Assembly (NCBI GenBank): GCA_040878325.1
Contig: JBBDMM010000001.1
Coordinates: forward strand, 1-64,000
DNA: 64,000 bases
Reading direction: 5' to 3'
Origin: Acidimicrobiia bacterium
Lineage (GTDB): Bacteria; Actinomycetota; Acidimicrobiia; Spongiisociales; UBA11373
Under the pieces are notes generated by a model. The model made no database searches, was not told the origin of the DNA, and worked only from the letters and a program-made list of their open reading frames with translations. The stretch's first letter is position 1, and the number at the start of each line of letters is the position of its first letter. This document shows, one piece after another, positions 21,730 through 30,654 of this stretch. The position numbers were made by a program, and so were the translations under genes.

Positions 21730-21846
21730 TCTTCTCTCATCCGGACTGTCACCGTCGGCGCCGGTATTCCATCGGCTCGGCCCTCGCGGTTGGCAAGGGT
21801 TCGCGGGCTTTCACCGCCGGTAGGGACTTTCACCCTGCCCCGAAGA
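21730..21846 (-). promoter_or_regulatory. FMN riboswitch (RFN element)
   Basis: TCTTCGGGGCAGGGTGAAAGTCCCTACCGGCGGT...AGCCCGCGA...CCGACGGTGACAGTCCGGATGAGAGAAGA directly upstream of ribD. CGCTCG/CGAGCG could sequester the RBS. A -10 TACACT lies at ~21861-21866. Confidence 0.97.
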
Positions 21847-21896
21847 GGGGGCGCGACAGAAGTGTAATGGTCGATGAACCCGGCTTCGCCGGGTTC

Positions 21897-21978
21897 GCAA
21901 TTCGCGATACGCGATACGCGATACGACCGAGTGTCGGTCGAGCCCCACGACGCCTCTCGCCAATCGCCAATCGCAAGA
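21897..21978. repeat. Heptamer arrays (GCGATAC)x~4 and (CGCCAAT)x~4, degenerate
   Basis: Visible period-7 repeats, next to a hairpin at 21876-21896. Confidence 0.8.
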
Positions 21979-22008
21979 CGATCTGACGCCTGACCTGCTA
22001 CCTGCGCC

Positions 22009-22938
22009 CTACTTCGTCCTTCGATCGATCCTGAACGACGAACCGGCCTCGCTCTTGGCGTGCTCCTTCATCTCGGCGGCGATGGCCGAGGCCTCCCACT
22101 CACTGGTGAAAGTACGGCGACTGTTGGTGGCGACGCCGAGCGAGATCGACACGATCGGGAAGGCATGTCGCTCCCCTCGCCGGTCGATCACCTCGACGTA
22201 GCCGCGCATCGCGTCATGGGTGTCGTAGAAGTCGAGGATTCCATCGTCGAACCGCTCCGCCACCGCCTTGCAGAACTGCTCCGACGACGCCGGGTCCATC
22301 ACCATGATGAAGTCGTCGCCACCCACATGGCCGATGAAGCACGAAGGATCGCCGACTTCGACCGCTGCCTCGACCAGGGTGTTGGCTGTGAACTTGATCA
22401 CGTTGTCCCCCCGCATGAACCCGTAGTGGTCGTTGAATGCCTTGAAGTTGTCGAGGTCGGCGTGCACCACTGCAGCCGGTCCTCCCCCCGCGACCATGCG
22501 TTCCAACTCCTCAGAGATACGGAAGTTTCCGGGGAGGCCGGTGAGAGGTGAAAGATCTCGCATCGCCTTCGATCGCCTCAGGACCGAGCCCACCCGCGCC
22601 CGAAGCTCCTCGATGTCGAATGGCTTGGTGATGTAGTCGTCCGCCCCCCCGTCCAGGCCCCGAACCAGGTCGCGCACGTTTGCCTTGCCGGTCAGCAGCA
22701 CTACGGCGACGTTGGCCGACGCGGGGCTGGTCTTGAGGCGACGCAACACTTCGAATCCGTCCGTCCCCGGCATCATCAGGTCGAGAAGAACCAGTTCCGG
22801 CGGGTCGGAGAGGGCGGACTCGATCCCGGCAAGCGCGTCAAAAGCGCTACGGACGACATAGCCATCCATGGTGAGGCTCGTCTCGACGAACCTGACGATA
22901 TCTGGATCGTCGTCGATGATGAGGATCTGTCCGCTCAT
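22009..22938 (-). CDS. Response regulator (REC) fused to a GGDEF-family diguanylate cyclase domain
   Basis: IIDDD...LLDLMMP...YITKPF receiver; SPLTGLPGN, DLDNFKAFNDHYG...GD and GHVGGDDF. Confidence 0.92.
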   Translation of the reverse strand: MSGQILIIDDDPDIVRFVETSLTMDGYVVRSAFDALAGIESALSDPPELVLLDLMMPGTDGFEVLRRLKTSPASANVAVVLLTGKANVRDLVRGLDGGADDYITKPFDIEELRARVGSVLRRSKAMRDLSPLTGLPGNFRISEELERMVAGGGPAAVVHADLDNFKAFNDHYGFMRGDNVIKFTANTLVEAAVEVGDPSCFIGHVGGDDFIMVMDPASSEQFCKAVAERFDDGILDFYDTHDAMRGYVEVIDRRGERHAFPIVSISLGVATNSRRTFTSEWEASAIAAEMKEHAKSEAGSSFRIDRRTK

Positions 22939-23597
22939 TCCATCCCGTCTGCCGCCGCCCGAAGGCTCTTGATCGCCGCGACGGGGTCAGGCGCCCGGAA
23001 AATCGACGTTCCGGCCACGAACACGTCAGCACCGGCATCCCGGGCCAATCGAGCTGTGCTCGTCGTTATGCCCCCGTCTACTTCGATATCGGTAGGGAGT
23101 CCCGCGGAGTCAATGAACTTCCTGGCCGCCTCCAGCTTGGGAAGAACCTCCGGAATGAATGCCTGGCCGCCGAATCCCGGATGAACCGACATCACCAGGA
23201 GGAGGTCGCACAACTCGGCGAACGGGGCGACGGCTTCGAACGGTGTCCCCGGGTCGAGAACGAGCCCGAAACCCAGCCCGTTCCGGCGGGCCTCCTCGGC
23301 GGCTCGGGTGGGATCCGGATGCACCTCGATGTGAATCGTCACCAGACTTGCGCCCGCGGCCGCCAGCGGCTCGAACAGTGCAATCGGATTGGTGACCATC
23401 AGGTGGCAGTCGAAGTAGAGAGCGGTGACGGCCCGCAACGCTGCGATGACGGGCATGCCGAAGGTCAAGTTGGGGACGAAGTGCCCATCCATCACGTCGA
23501 GGTGCAACAGGTCGATGTGGGCTTCGACCCGGGCGACTTCTTCGCCAAGACGGGCAAAGTCTGCCGCCAGAAGCGACGGGGCGATGCGAGCAGGCAT
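22935..23597 (-). CDS. rpe: Ribulose-phosphate 3-epimerase
   Basis: IAPSLLAADF, HLDVMDGHFVPN, MSVHPGFGGQ and EVDGG motifs. Confidence 0.97.
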   Translation of the reverse strand: MPARIAPSLLAADFARLGEEVARVEAHIDLLHLDVMDGHFVPNLTFGMPVIAALRAVTALYFDCHLMVTNPIALFEPLAAAGASLVTIHIEVHPDPTRAAEEARRNGLGFGLVLDPGTPFEAVAPFAELCDLLLVMSVHPGFGGQAFIPEVLPKLEAARKFIDSAGLPTDIEVDGGITTSTARLARDAGADVFVAGTSIFRAPDPVAAIKSLRAAADGME

Positions 23598-23691
23598 TGT
23601 CGGAGGTTACCCCGGCGCGCATCCACCCCCACACCAGCCGTCCGTCCCCAACTCCCGCGGGCACCCGTAGGAATGTATAGGTTGTGGCCCC

Positions 23692-24495
23692 ATGCAGCGA
23701 CACCGCATCGAGTCCGCAACCGATTTCAGGCTTTCCGACCACGACCCAAGGGACCTGGGCGGGTTCGCCGGCGACAAGAGCGAAGGGAAGGACGCGCTCA
23801 AGAAGGTCATCAAGCGCCTCGAGGAGCTCCAGGAGCTGCTCTACGCCAGCAGCAAGCATCGGTTGCTGGTCGTACTCCAGGCGACTGACACCGGGGGCAA
23901 GGACGGCACCATCCGCCATGTCTTCGAGGGGGTCAACCCCCAGGGCGTCAAGGTGGCCTCCTTCAAGCGACCCACCGAGCAGGAGCTGGCCCGCGACTAT
24001 CTGTGGCGGGTTCACCAGGAGGTCCCCGCCAACGGCGAGATCGTCATCTTCAACCGAAGTCACTATGAGGACGTGCTCGTCGTCCGGGTTCACTCGGTCG
24101 TCCCCGAAAGCCGTTGGCAACGGCGTTACGACCACATCAACGACTTCGAGAGAATGCTCACCGACGAGGGAACGACCATCCTCAAGTTCTTCCTCCACAT
24201 CTCCAAGGAAGAGCAGGCGGCTCGCCTCCGCAGTCGCCTCGACGAGCCCGAAAAGCATTGGAAGTTCGAGCAGGGGGACCTCGCCGAGCGAGCCCGCTGG
24301 GACGACTACCAGGCAGCGTTCCAGGAAGCGATCGCCCGCACCAGCACCCCATGGGCACCCTGGTACGTGGTTCCCTCCAACCACAAGTGGTACCGCAACG
24401 TGGTCATCGGGACCGTCCTCGTCGAGACGCTGGAGAGCCTGAAGATGGAGTACCCGGCGCCTGAACAGGGGCTCGACCAGATCGTGATCGAGTGA
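23692..24495 (+). CDS. ppk2: Polyphosphate kinase 2 family protein (class III-like)
   Basis: QATDTGGKDG, FKRPT, FNRSHYEDVL, KFFLHISK and WKF motifs. Confidence 0.93.
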   Translation: MQRHRIESATDFRLSDHDPRDLGGFAGDKSEGKDALKKVIKRLEELQELLYASSKHRLLVVLQATDTGGKDGTIRHVFEGVNPQGVKVASFKRPTEQELARDYLWRVHQEVPANGEIVIFNRSHYEDVLVVRVHSVVPESRWQRRYDHINDFERMLTDEGTTILKFFLHISKEEQAARLRSRLDEPEKHWKFEQGDLAERARWDDYQAAFQEAIARTSTPWAPWYVVPSNHKWYRNVVIGTVLVETLESLKMEYPAPEQGLDQIVIE

Positions 24496-24507
24496 GGGCG
24501 AGGCACC

Positions 24508-24635
24508 CAAGTCTCCAGTCCCCAGTCTCCAGTCAGAAGGAGCCCCGGCTCCGGCCACTGCTCCGGCCAGAACGCGGCACACGGCCCGGAAGTGCCTGTC
24601 CGGGTCTGGCTGGGGCCGTAGCCGGGGCCGGGGCT
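24508..24635. repeat. Heptamer array (CCAGTCY)x4 followed by a long imperfect inverted repeat, between convergent ppk2 and fmt
   Basis: Heptamers at 24508-24535; 31-bp arms at 24541-24571 and 24605-24635. Confidence 0.75.
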
Positions 24636-24649
24636 GGGCTTAACAATCG

Positions 24650-25567
24650 TCAATAGCCGAACCGGGCGGGCTCGCCGCGGCGGCCGTTCATCCAGGCGGT
24701 GGCGGCCATGCGCGCCCTGCCCGCGGGTTGCACCCTGACCAGCTCGACGGCTCCATCGGAGCAGCCCAGGATCACAGCTCCGTCGACCTCGCTGGCGACG
24801 CCCGGTTCGGCATCGGCCTCTCTTGCCCGCACCGCCCACACCTTGACGCGCTCGCCGTCCACCATCCCCCACGCCCCCGGCTTGGGATCGAAGGCCCGTA
24901 CTGCGCGATGCACCGCCGCCGCGGTGTGGCGGGCGGGGTCGAGGAACGCTTCCTCGACGGTCACCTTCCCGGCCGCGGTCGCTTGAGACTCGTTCTGGGG
25001 ACTGGCGACCGACCTTCCCGCGGCGATCTCGGGGAGCAACTCGGCCACCAGCACCCCCCCGAGAACGGCCAGCCGTGCGGTCAAATGACCGGCGGTCTCC
25101 TCGGTGCCGAGCGGAGTCTCCACGCAGGCAAAGATCGGTCCGGTGTCGAGGCCTTCATCCATCTGGATCAGCGTCACGCCTGCCTTCTTGTCGCCGGCGA
25201 GGATCGTGCGCACCACCGGGCTCGCTCCCCTCCACCGTGGCAACAGCGAGTAGTGAAGGTTGACGAACCCGTGCGCCGGGGCGAGGAGAAGGGAGGGCGG
25301 CACCAGGAGCCCGTACGCAGCCACCAACGCCACATCTACCGAGCCCGTCTCCTCCAGCACCTCCACCGGGCGCTCCGGCTGCAGTACCCGCAGACCGAGG
25401 CCCTCCGCCGCCAACTTGACCGGGGGAGCGACCCGACCGTCGGATCGCCCCTGGGGGGCATCCGGCCGGGTGACGACGAAGGCCACCTCCGCCACCTCGA
25501 GGAGGCCCGCGAGCACCGGGATCGACTCCAAGGGGGTGCCGAAAAAGGCGGCCCGAAGCGCGGTCAC
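24650..25567 (-). CDS. fmt: Methionyl-tRNA formyltransferase
   Basis: FFGTP, VTRPD, AAYG, NLHYSLLPRWRGASP and GLDTG motifs. Confidence 0.96.
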   Translation of the reverse strand: MTALRAAFFGTPLESIPVLAGLLEVAEVAFVVTRPDAPQGRSDGRVAPPVKLAAEGLGLRVLQPERPVEVLEETGSVDVALVAAYGLLVPPSLLLAPAHGFVNLHYSLLPRWRGASPVVRTILAGDKKAGVTLIQMDEGLDTGPIFACVETPLGTEETAGHLTARLAVLGGVLVAELLPEIAAGRSVASPQNESQATAAGKVTVEEAFLDPARHTAAAVHRAVRAFDPKPGAWGMVDGERVKVWAVRAREADAEPGVASEVDGAVILGCSDGAVELVRVQPAGRARMAATAWMNGRRGEPARFGY

Positions 25568-26058
25568 ACCGATCCCATCGACTCTTCGCGCAATTCTCTT
25601 AAGGCCGCTTTTCTCGTCCGTCGTCCCAGCCGCGACAGGAGGAGCAGCCCCTGCAGGTGGTCGAATTCGTGCTGGAGGACCCTACCGACGAGCTCGTCGC
25701 CCGAATAGCGCACCGGTTCCCCGCGTACGTCAACCCCCGACACCGCCGCCAAAGACGGCCGGGCGATCGGCCAATACTTGTTCGGTACCGAGAGGCAGCC
25801 CTCCTCATAGGTCCACGACCCCGACGCATCCTCAAGCACGGGGTTGACCACATGGTGGGGGCCGTCTCCGATGTCGAACACGAACACCGAAACCGAGACC
25901 CCGATCTGGTTGGCGGCGAGGCCCACCCCGGGGGCGGCGTACATGGTCTCCAGCATGTCGTCGACGATCCGCTCCAAGGACCCATCGAAGTCGACCACCG
26001 GGGTCGCCTTCATCCTCAGCACGGGATCAGGGAATGTCCGGATTGGGAAGATCGCCAT
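25564..26058 (-). CDS. def: Peptide deformylase
   Basis: GVGLAANQIG, EGCLS and QHEFDHL motifs. Confidence 0.97.
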   Translation of the reverse strand: MAIFPIRTFPDPVLRMKATPVVDFDGSLERIVDDMLETMYAAPGVGLAANQIGVSVSVFVFDIGDGPHHVVNPVLEDASGSWTYEEGCLSVPNKYWPIARPSLAAVSGVDVRGEPVRYSGDELVGRVLQHEFDHLQGLLLLSRLGRRTRKAALRELREESMGSV

Positions 26059-26086
26059 CGGCGAGGGAGATTAGTTGCTCCGCTAC

Positions 26087-27850
26087 TCAGAGTTCGATCG
26101 GGTCCGAGTCGATCCTGACCCGGGCGCCACCCTCCCGCCACCTCCCCACCACCCCGCGGAGGACGGTCCGGGCAGCCGTGAGGTCGCGCCCCTGGAGAAG
26201 CCACCTCAGCCCGTCACCCGACGCCGCCGGACCGAGGACCTCGGCGCGCCCCCCGATCTCGTCGACGAGATCGGCCGCGGCGCCGATCGGGAGCCCCGAC
26301 GCCTCGAGTGCCACGATCTCGCCTCCCGGCGGAAATCCCATCGAGGATCTGCGGGCGGCGTCCGCCCTGACGAACTCAATCGGATTCCCCCGGCGCAACG
26401 TCTCGACGACGGGATGGTCGGGATCAACGGTCTGCACGATGGCCCGACGCCCTCGGCCAGATCCGGCCGCCGCCACGGCCCGAGCGAGCAGGCGCAGCGC
26501 ATCCTCGGACGCCCGATAGTGCGGGGCGAGGATCGGTCCGTCGGCGTCGATCACGATCGTCAGTTCGACAGCCAGTCCGGGCAAGTCGCGCTCGGTGCCC
26601 ACCACGACCGGCCGCCCCGAGCCCACCTCACCCACCTGTTCCCGGCCGACCAACCTCCCGGCGTCGGCGAGCACCCGGGGTGCCCCCGAGCCGAGGGCCT
26701 CGAACCGGCGGCCGCCGCACGCCTCGCAGGCGCCTACTGGGGCCCCACAACGCGAGCACGCTTCACCGGCGCCAGGGCCGGCGCCACACCGCCCACACTG
26801 GCGTAGGGCCCGACAGCGCACGCACCGCTGCGCCGCCACCCGGCGGTCGGTGAACAGCAGGACCCTGCGGCTGTCCGCCACCGCTGCCCGAAGAGCCGCC
26901 ACGGTGGCCGGTGAAAGCAGACCGGTGCCGACCGGATCGTCCCGCCGGTCGACGACCTCTACGTGGCCCCACGAGCGCCGTCCCGTGGAGATCACCGAGG
27001 CCGAACGACTGACCGCCTCCGCCGACGGCACCAGATCGCACAACAGCACCGAAAACCGTTCCACCGTGCTCCGGCGCATCACGGCATCGCGCGCGTGCAC
27101 CGTGGGGGTCGCCTTGTCCTTCATTCCCCGCCTGCCCTCACCAGCGAGCACCACCAGCCCCGGCGACGCCCATGGCCACAACGCCACTTCGCGCGTTCCT
27201 ACCAACACCGTGCCTGGTCGCGACGCGGCGCTCTCCCAGGCTGCGGTGGTCTGAGCGGCCGGAACGCGAGAGGATGCCAGTAGCACCCGGTCTCCCATCG
27301 AACTCCCCAACCTCTCGGCCATCACCGATGCCTCGTCGAAGGTCGCCGCGATCACCACGACGGTTCGCCCTGCACCGGCCGCCGACGCCACGATCCCTTC
27401 GATCGCCTCGCCCCACGGACCCGGGCCGACCAGGGTGGTGGGACCGGAGCGCCCGCCGTGGACGATGCGGTCGGCCAGGACCGCCAAGAAGGGGGCTACG
27501 GGCCGCGGCGCCACCGGCGGAAGATCGGGTCGTTCGCGGAGCCGCGGAAGGTTGGGTGGGGTGGCCTTGGCAAGCACCGCGGCGAGTGGCGCCACATAGC
27601 GCGAGGCAGCCCAGCGAAGAACATCGAGTAGACGCCGGTCGAATACCGGTAGGTCCCCCGATACACCGAGGACCTCTCTCAGCCGGGGACGATCGGGTTC
27701 CCCGGTCGATACGACCCAACCGCGCACCCGGCGCCCACCGAGGGGCACCCGGACGATCGAGCCGACGGTGACACCGTCTTGCGCCCGATAGGCGAACCCG
27801 TCGTCCACAGAGAACGACGGGACGTCGGGCACCACGCGCACGACCTTCAT
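26087..27850 (-). CDS. priA: Primosomal protein N' (actinobacterial type, degenerate helicase motifs)
   Basis: N-terminal VRVPLGGR 3'-DNA-binding domain; four CxxC pairs; C-terminal R...FPP and RIDSDP; syntenic with coaBC and def-fmt. Confidence 0.85.
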   Translation of the reverse strand: MKVVRVVPDVPSFSVDDGFAYRAQDGVTVGSIVRVPLGGRRVRGWVVSTGEPDRPRLREVLGVSGDLPVFDRRLLDVLRWAASRYVAPLAAVLAKATPPNLPRLRERPDLPPVAPRPVAPFLAVLADRIVHGGRSGPTTLVGPGPWGEAIEGIVASAAGAGRTVVVIAATFDEASVMAERLGSSMGDRVLLASSRVPAAQTTAAWESAASRPGTVLVGTREVALWPWASPGLVVLAGEGRRGMKDKATPTVHARDAVMRRSTVERFSVLLCDLVPSAEAVSRSASVISTGRRSWGHVEVVDRRDDPVGTGLLSPATVAALRAAVADSRRVLLFTDRRVAAQRCVRCRALRQCGRCGAGPGAGEACSRCGAPVGACEACGGRRFEALGSGAPRVLADAGRLVGREQVGEVGSGRPVVVGTERDLPGLAVELTIVIDADGPILAPHYRASEDALRLLARAVAAAGSGRGRRAIVQTVDPDHPVVETLRRGNPIEFVRADAARRSSMGFPPGGEIVALEASGLPIGAAADLVDEIGGRAEVLGPAASGDGLRWLLQGRDLTAARTVLRGVVGRWREGGARVRIDSDPIEL

Positions 27851-27889
27851 CAGGCGAAGTTCATTCGGACGTATCCGTCGGCCTGCCGA

Positions 27890-29095
27890 TCACGAAGATC
27901 GCGCGGAGGATTCCTCACCGCTTCGCATCTCGATGATCCGGTCCCACAGCCGGGCGGCCACGGCCTGCTTCGGCATCGTCGGCCACTCCTCTGCCGACCC
28001 ATCGGAGGTGAAAACAGTGACGGCATTCGTGTCCACTTCGAACCCGGCATCGGGGGCAGTGACGTCATTGGCCACGAGGAGGTCGACGCCCTTCGATTTG
28101 GCCTTTCCCGCGGCGTCGGCCGCCGGGCCGACCTCGGCGGCGAAGCCGACCAGGAACGGCCGGCGCTCGAGCGCAGCCACGCCGGCGAGTATGTCGGGTG
28201 TGGGCTCGAGGTCGAGTCGAGGCAGGCCATCGGCACGGCGTAGTTTGCCCGACGACGCCTGCGCGGGCCGAAAGTCGGCAACCGCCGCCGACAGCACCGC
28301 CACGTCCACGGCGGGAGCGTGCTTCCACACCGCTTCCGCCATGTCCGCCGCGGTCGCGGCGTTCACGACGACGATGCGCGGGTGCTGCGGACCCTCGGCA
28401 GAGGTGACGAGCGTCACCTCTGCTCCGCGTTCGGCGGCCTCGACCGCGACTGCGTGACCCATCTTCCCCGATGACCGATTGCCGATGAAACGAACCTGGT
28501 CGATCGGCTCTCGGGTTCCGCCGGCGCTCACCAGCACCTTCCACCCAGTGAGTGAACCGTGTCCGAGTGCAGCCTGGAGTGCCTCGATGATCTGCTCAGG
28601 CTCCACCATGCGGCCGGGGCCCTCATCGCCGCCCGCCAGTGCCCCCGTGATAGGGCCCACCACGACCACGCCATCGGCGGCGAGAGTGGTGATATTGCGC
28701 TGCGTCGCTTGCTGCTCCCACATCTCGGTGTGCATGGCCGGTGCGACGATTACAGGGCCGGCAAAGGCGAGCACGGTGCCGGAGAGCAGGTCGTCGCTCA
28801 GACCGTTGGCGATCCGGGCGATGGTGGCGGCCGTGGCAGGCGCCACGACGATGGCGTCGGCCCACCGAGCGAGGATGGTGTGGGGGCTGACGTCGTCGTC
28901 GCCGAAGAAGTCGAGATGGGGGTGCGACCCGGTGATCGCTGCCAGGGTCTGCGGGCCGAGGAACTCGAGCGCCGACCGTGTCATGATCGTCTCGACGTGA
29001 GCGCCATTCTCGACCAGGCGCCGGGCCAGATAGGCAGCCTTGAAGGCGGCGACTCCCCCAGATACGGCCAGGACGATGCGGCGCCCAGCCAGCAT
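27890..29095 (-). CDS. coaBC: Phosphopantothenoylcysteine decarboxylase/synthetase
   Basis: SGGVAAFKA, APAMHTEMW, GTREPIDQVRFIGNRSSGKMG and GFAAE motifs. Confidence 0.97.
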   Translation of the reverse strand: MLAGRRIVLAVSGGVAAFKAAYLARRLVENGAHVETIMTRSALEFLGPQTLAAITGSHPHLDFFGDDDVSPHTILARWADAIVVAPATAATIARIANGLSDDLLSGTVLAFAGPVIVAPAMHTEMWEQQATQRNITTLAADGVVVVGPITGALAGGDEGPGRMVEPEQIIEALQAALGHGSLTGWKVLVSAGGTREPIDQVRFIGNRSSGKMGHAVAVEAAERGAEVTLVTSAEGPQHPRIVVVNAATAADMAEAVWKHAPAVDVAVLSAAVADFRPAQASSGKLRRADGLPRLDLEPTPDILAGVAALERRPFLVGFAAEVGPAADAAGKAKSKGVDLLVANDVTAPDAGFEVDTNAVTVFTSDGSAEEWPTMPKQAVAARLWDRIIEMRSGEESSARSS

Positions 29096-29102
29096 GGCTT
29101 AC

Positions 29103-29333
29103 CTACTCGCCGGAGTCGACGACGACCTTGCCGGCGGCGATCTCCTCGAATGCGATCGAGAGGGGCTTCCGTGACAGGGAGTGGACCTGGGGAGGAACAT
29201 ACCCTCCGATGCCGTCGCCGAGCTGATTGAAATAGGCGTTGATCTGCCGGGCGCGGCGAGCGGCAAGCACCACGAGGGTAAAGCGCTCCTTGGTACTCTC
29301 GAGCACGGCTTCGATCGGCGGGTCGACCATCAT
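29103..29333 (-). CDS. rpoZ: RNA polymerase omega subunit
   Basis: PPIE...RFTLVVLAARRARQINAYF...PPQV...KPLSIAFEEI. The start is uncertain (29363, 29345 or 29333); TATAAT at 29344-29349 favours 29333. Confidence 0.92.
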   Translation of the reverse strand: MMVDPPIEAVLESTKERFTLVVLAARRARQINAYFNQLGDGIGGYVPPQVHSLSRKPLSIAFEEIAAGKVVVDSGE

Positions 29334-29454
29334 CAGGGAATCCATTATAGGGGCGAGGGGCATCGTTCCCGTCGTACGATCAATGCCTTCGCGGCGGCGT
29401 CGGTTGCGTACCTCCGGCGGGAAACGAACAGCGAGGCTTCTACGCTCCACCGCG

Positions 29455-30303
29455 ATGAACCACGCACCGCCCCGGACACCGGGAAAGATCGCCATTGCCG
29501 GCAACATCGGCAGCGGAAAGTCGTCAGTGGCGAGGCGGGTAGTGGAGATCACCGGGTGGCCGCTGGTGTCGACCGGATCGCTGTTCCGGGAACTGGCTGC
29601 CCGGCGGGGGCTGACGGTGCTCGAGTTGAACCAACTCGCCGAATCTGATCCCACGATCGACGCCGAGGTGGACGGGAACCTCATCCGCCTCGCCGCGACC
29701 GACCAGGCGGCCGTGATCGACTCCCGCCTGGCATGGCACTTCGTACCCCAGTCGTTCAAGGTCTACCTCGTCGTCGACCCGAAGGCTGCCGTAGGCCGGG
29801 TCTACGGAGCGGGCCGCGCCGATGAGCGATATTCATCGGTAGAAGAGGCCACCGCCGAGGTGCTCGCCCGTCAAGCGGTCGAAGCCGAGCGGTATCACGA
29901 CACCTACGGCGTCACAGTCGACGACTGGCGCAACTACGACCTCATCGTCGATACGAGTCGGGTTGGCGTCGATACGGTGGCCGAGGTGGTCATCGCACAT
30001 CTCGATGAGCACCCGCCCGCAGAATCTCCGAAACCAACCTGCCATTTCGACCCGGCACGCCTCATGGCGTCACCCGACACGGTCGGCGCCCCGACCATCG
30101 ACCCGATCGTCCGGGTGGCAGTACACGACGATCAGATAGCCGTCGTCAGCGGACACGAGTTGGTGGCGACAGCGCTGGACCGAGATGATCGACTGATCCG
30201 TTGCGAGCTGATTGCCTTCGAAGACGAGGAGGTCGATCCCGGGGTATCGGCCATCCAGTTCGTCTCGGCGATCACCGCGGGGCGAGACATGGATGAACAG
30301 TGA
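29455..30303 (+). CDS. Cytidylate kinase-like protein of the archaeal-type (d)CMP kinase family, with a C-terminal extension
   Basis: IAIAGNIGSGKSS, STGSLFRELA, ID..VD, IDSRLA, R...E.ERY...YG and YDLIVDT motifs. Confidence 0.8.
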   Translation: MNHAPPRTPGKIAIAGNIGSGKSSVARRVVEITGWPLVSTGSLFRELAARRGLTVLELNQLAESDPTIDAEVDGNLIRLAATDQAAVIDSRLAWHFVPQSFKVYLVVDPKAAVGRVYGAGRADERYSSVEEATAEVLARQAVEAERYHDTYGVTVDDWRNYDLIVDTSRVGVDTVAEVVIAHLDEHPPAESPKPTCHFDPARLMASPDTVGAPTIDPIVRVAVHDDQIAVVSGHELVATALDRDDRLIRCELIAFEDEEVDPGVSAIQFVSAITAGRDMDEQ

Positions 30304-30307
30304 GCCC

Positions 30308-30622
30308 TCAGGGCCCCAGTTCCTCCAGCAACGCTTTCCGCTGCTGAGTCCCCAGACCTCGTACCCGACGGTTGTCGGCTATCCCCAACCGATCCATCAG
30401 CCGAAACGACTTGACCTTCCCCAGGCCGGGGAGCGCGGTCAGAATCGCCTTCACCTTCATGCCGGCGATCATCTCGTCGTCGGTCCGACCCAGCACATCC
30501 GCGAGGGTGGCCTCGCCCGTCCGCAGCTCCTCGCGTACTGCAGCCCGCACCCGCCGTGCTTCCGCCGCCTTGGCAAGCGCGGCCGCCCGCTGCTCGGGAG
30601 AGAGGTATGGAGGGGTCGACAC
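30308..30622 (-). CDS. mihF: Actinobacterial integration host factor
   Basis: LSPEQRAAALAKAAEARR...MKVKAILTALPGLGKVK...RRVRGLG; GTG start. Confidence 0.93.
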   Translation of the reverse strand: MSTPPYLSPEQRAAALAKAAEARRVRAAVREELRTGEATLADVLGRTDDEMIAGMKVKAILTALPGLGKVKSFRLMDRLGIADNRRVRGLGTQQRKALLEELGP

Positions 30623-30654
30623 ATGTCGAGCATAAGAAGCGCAGCACCCGCTGG

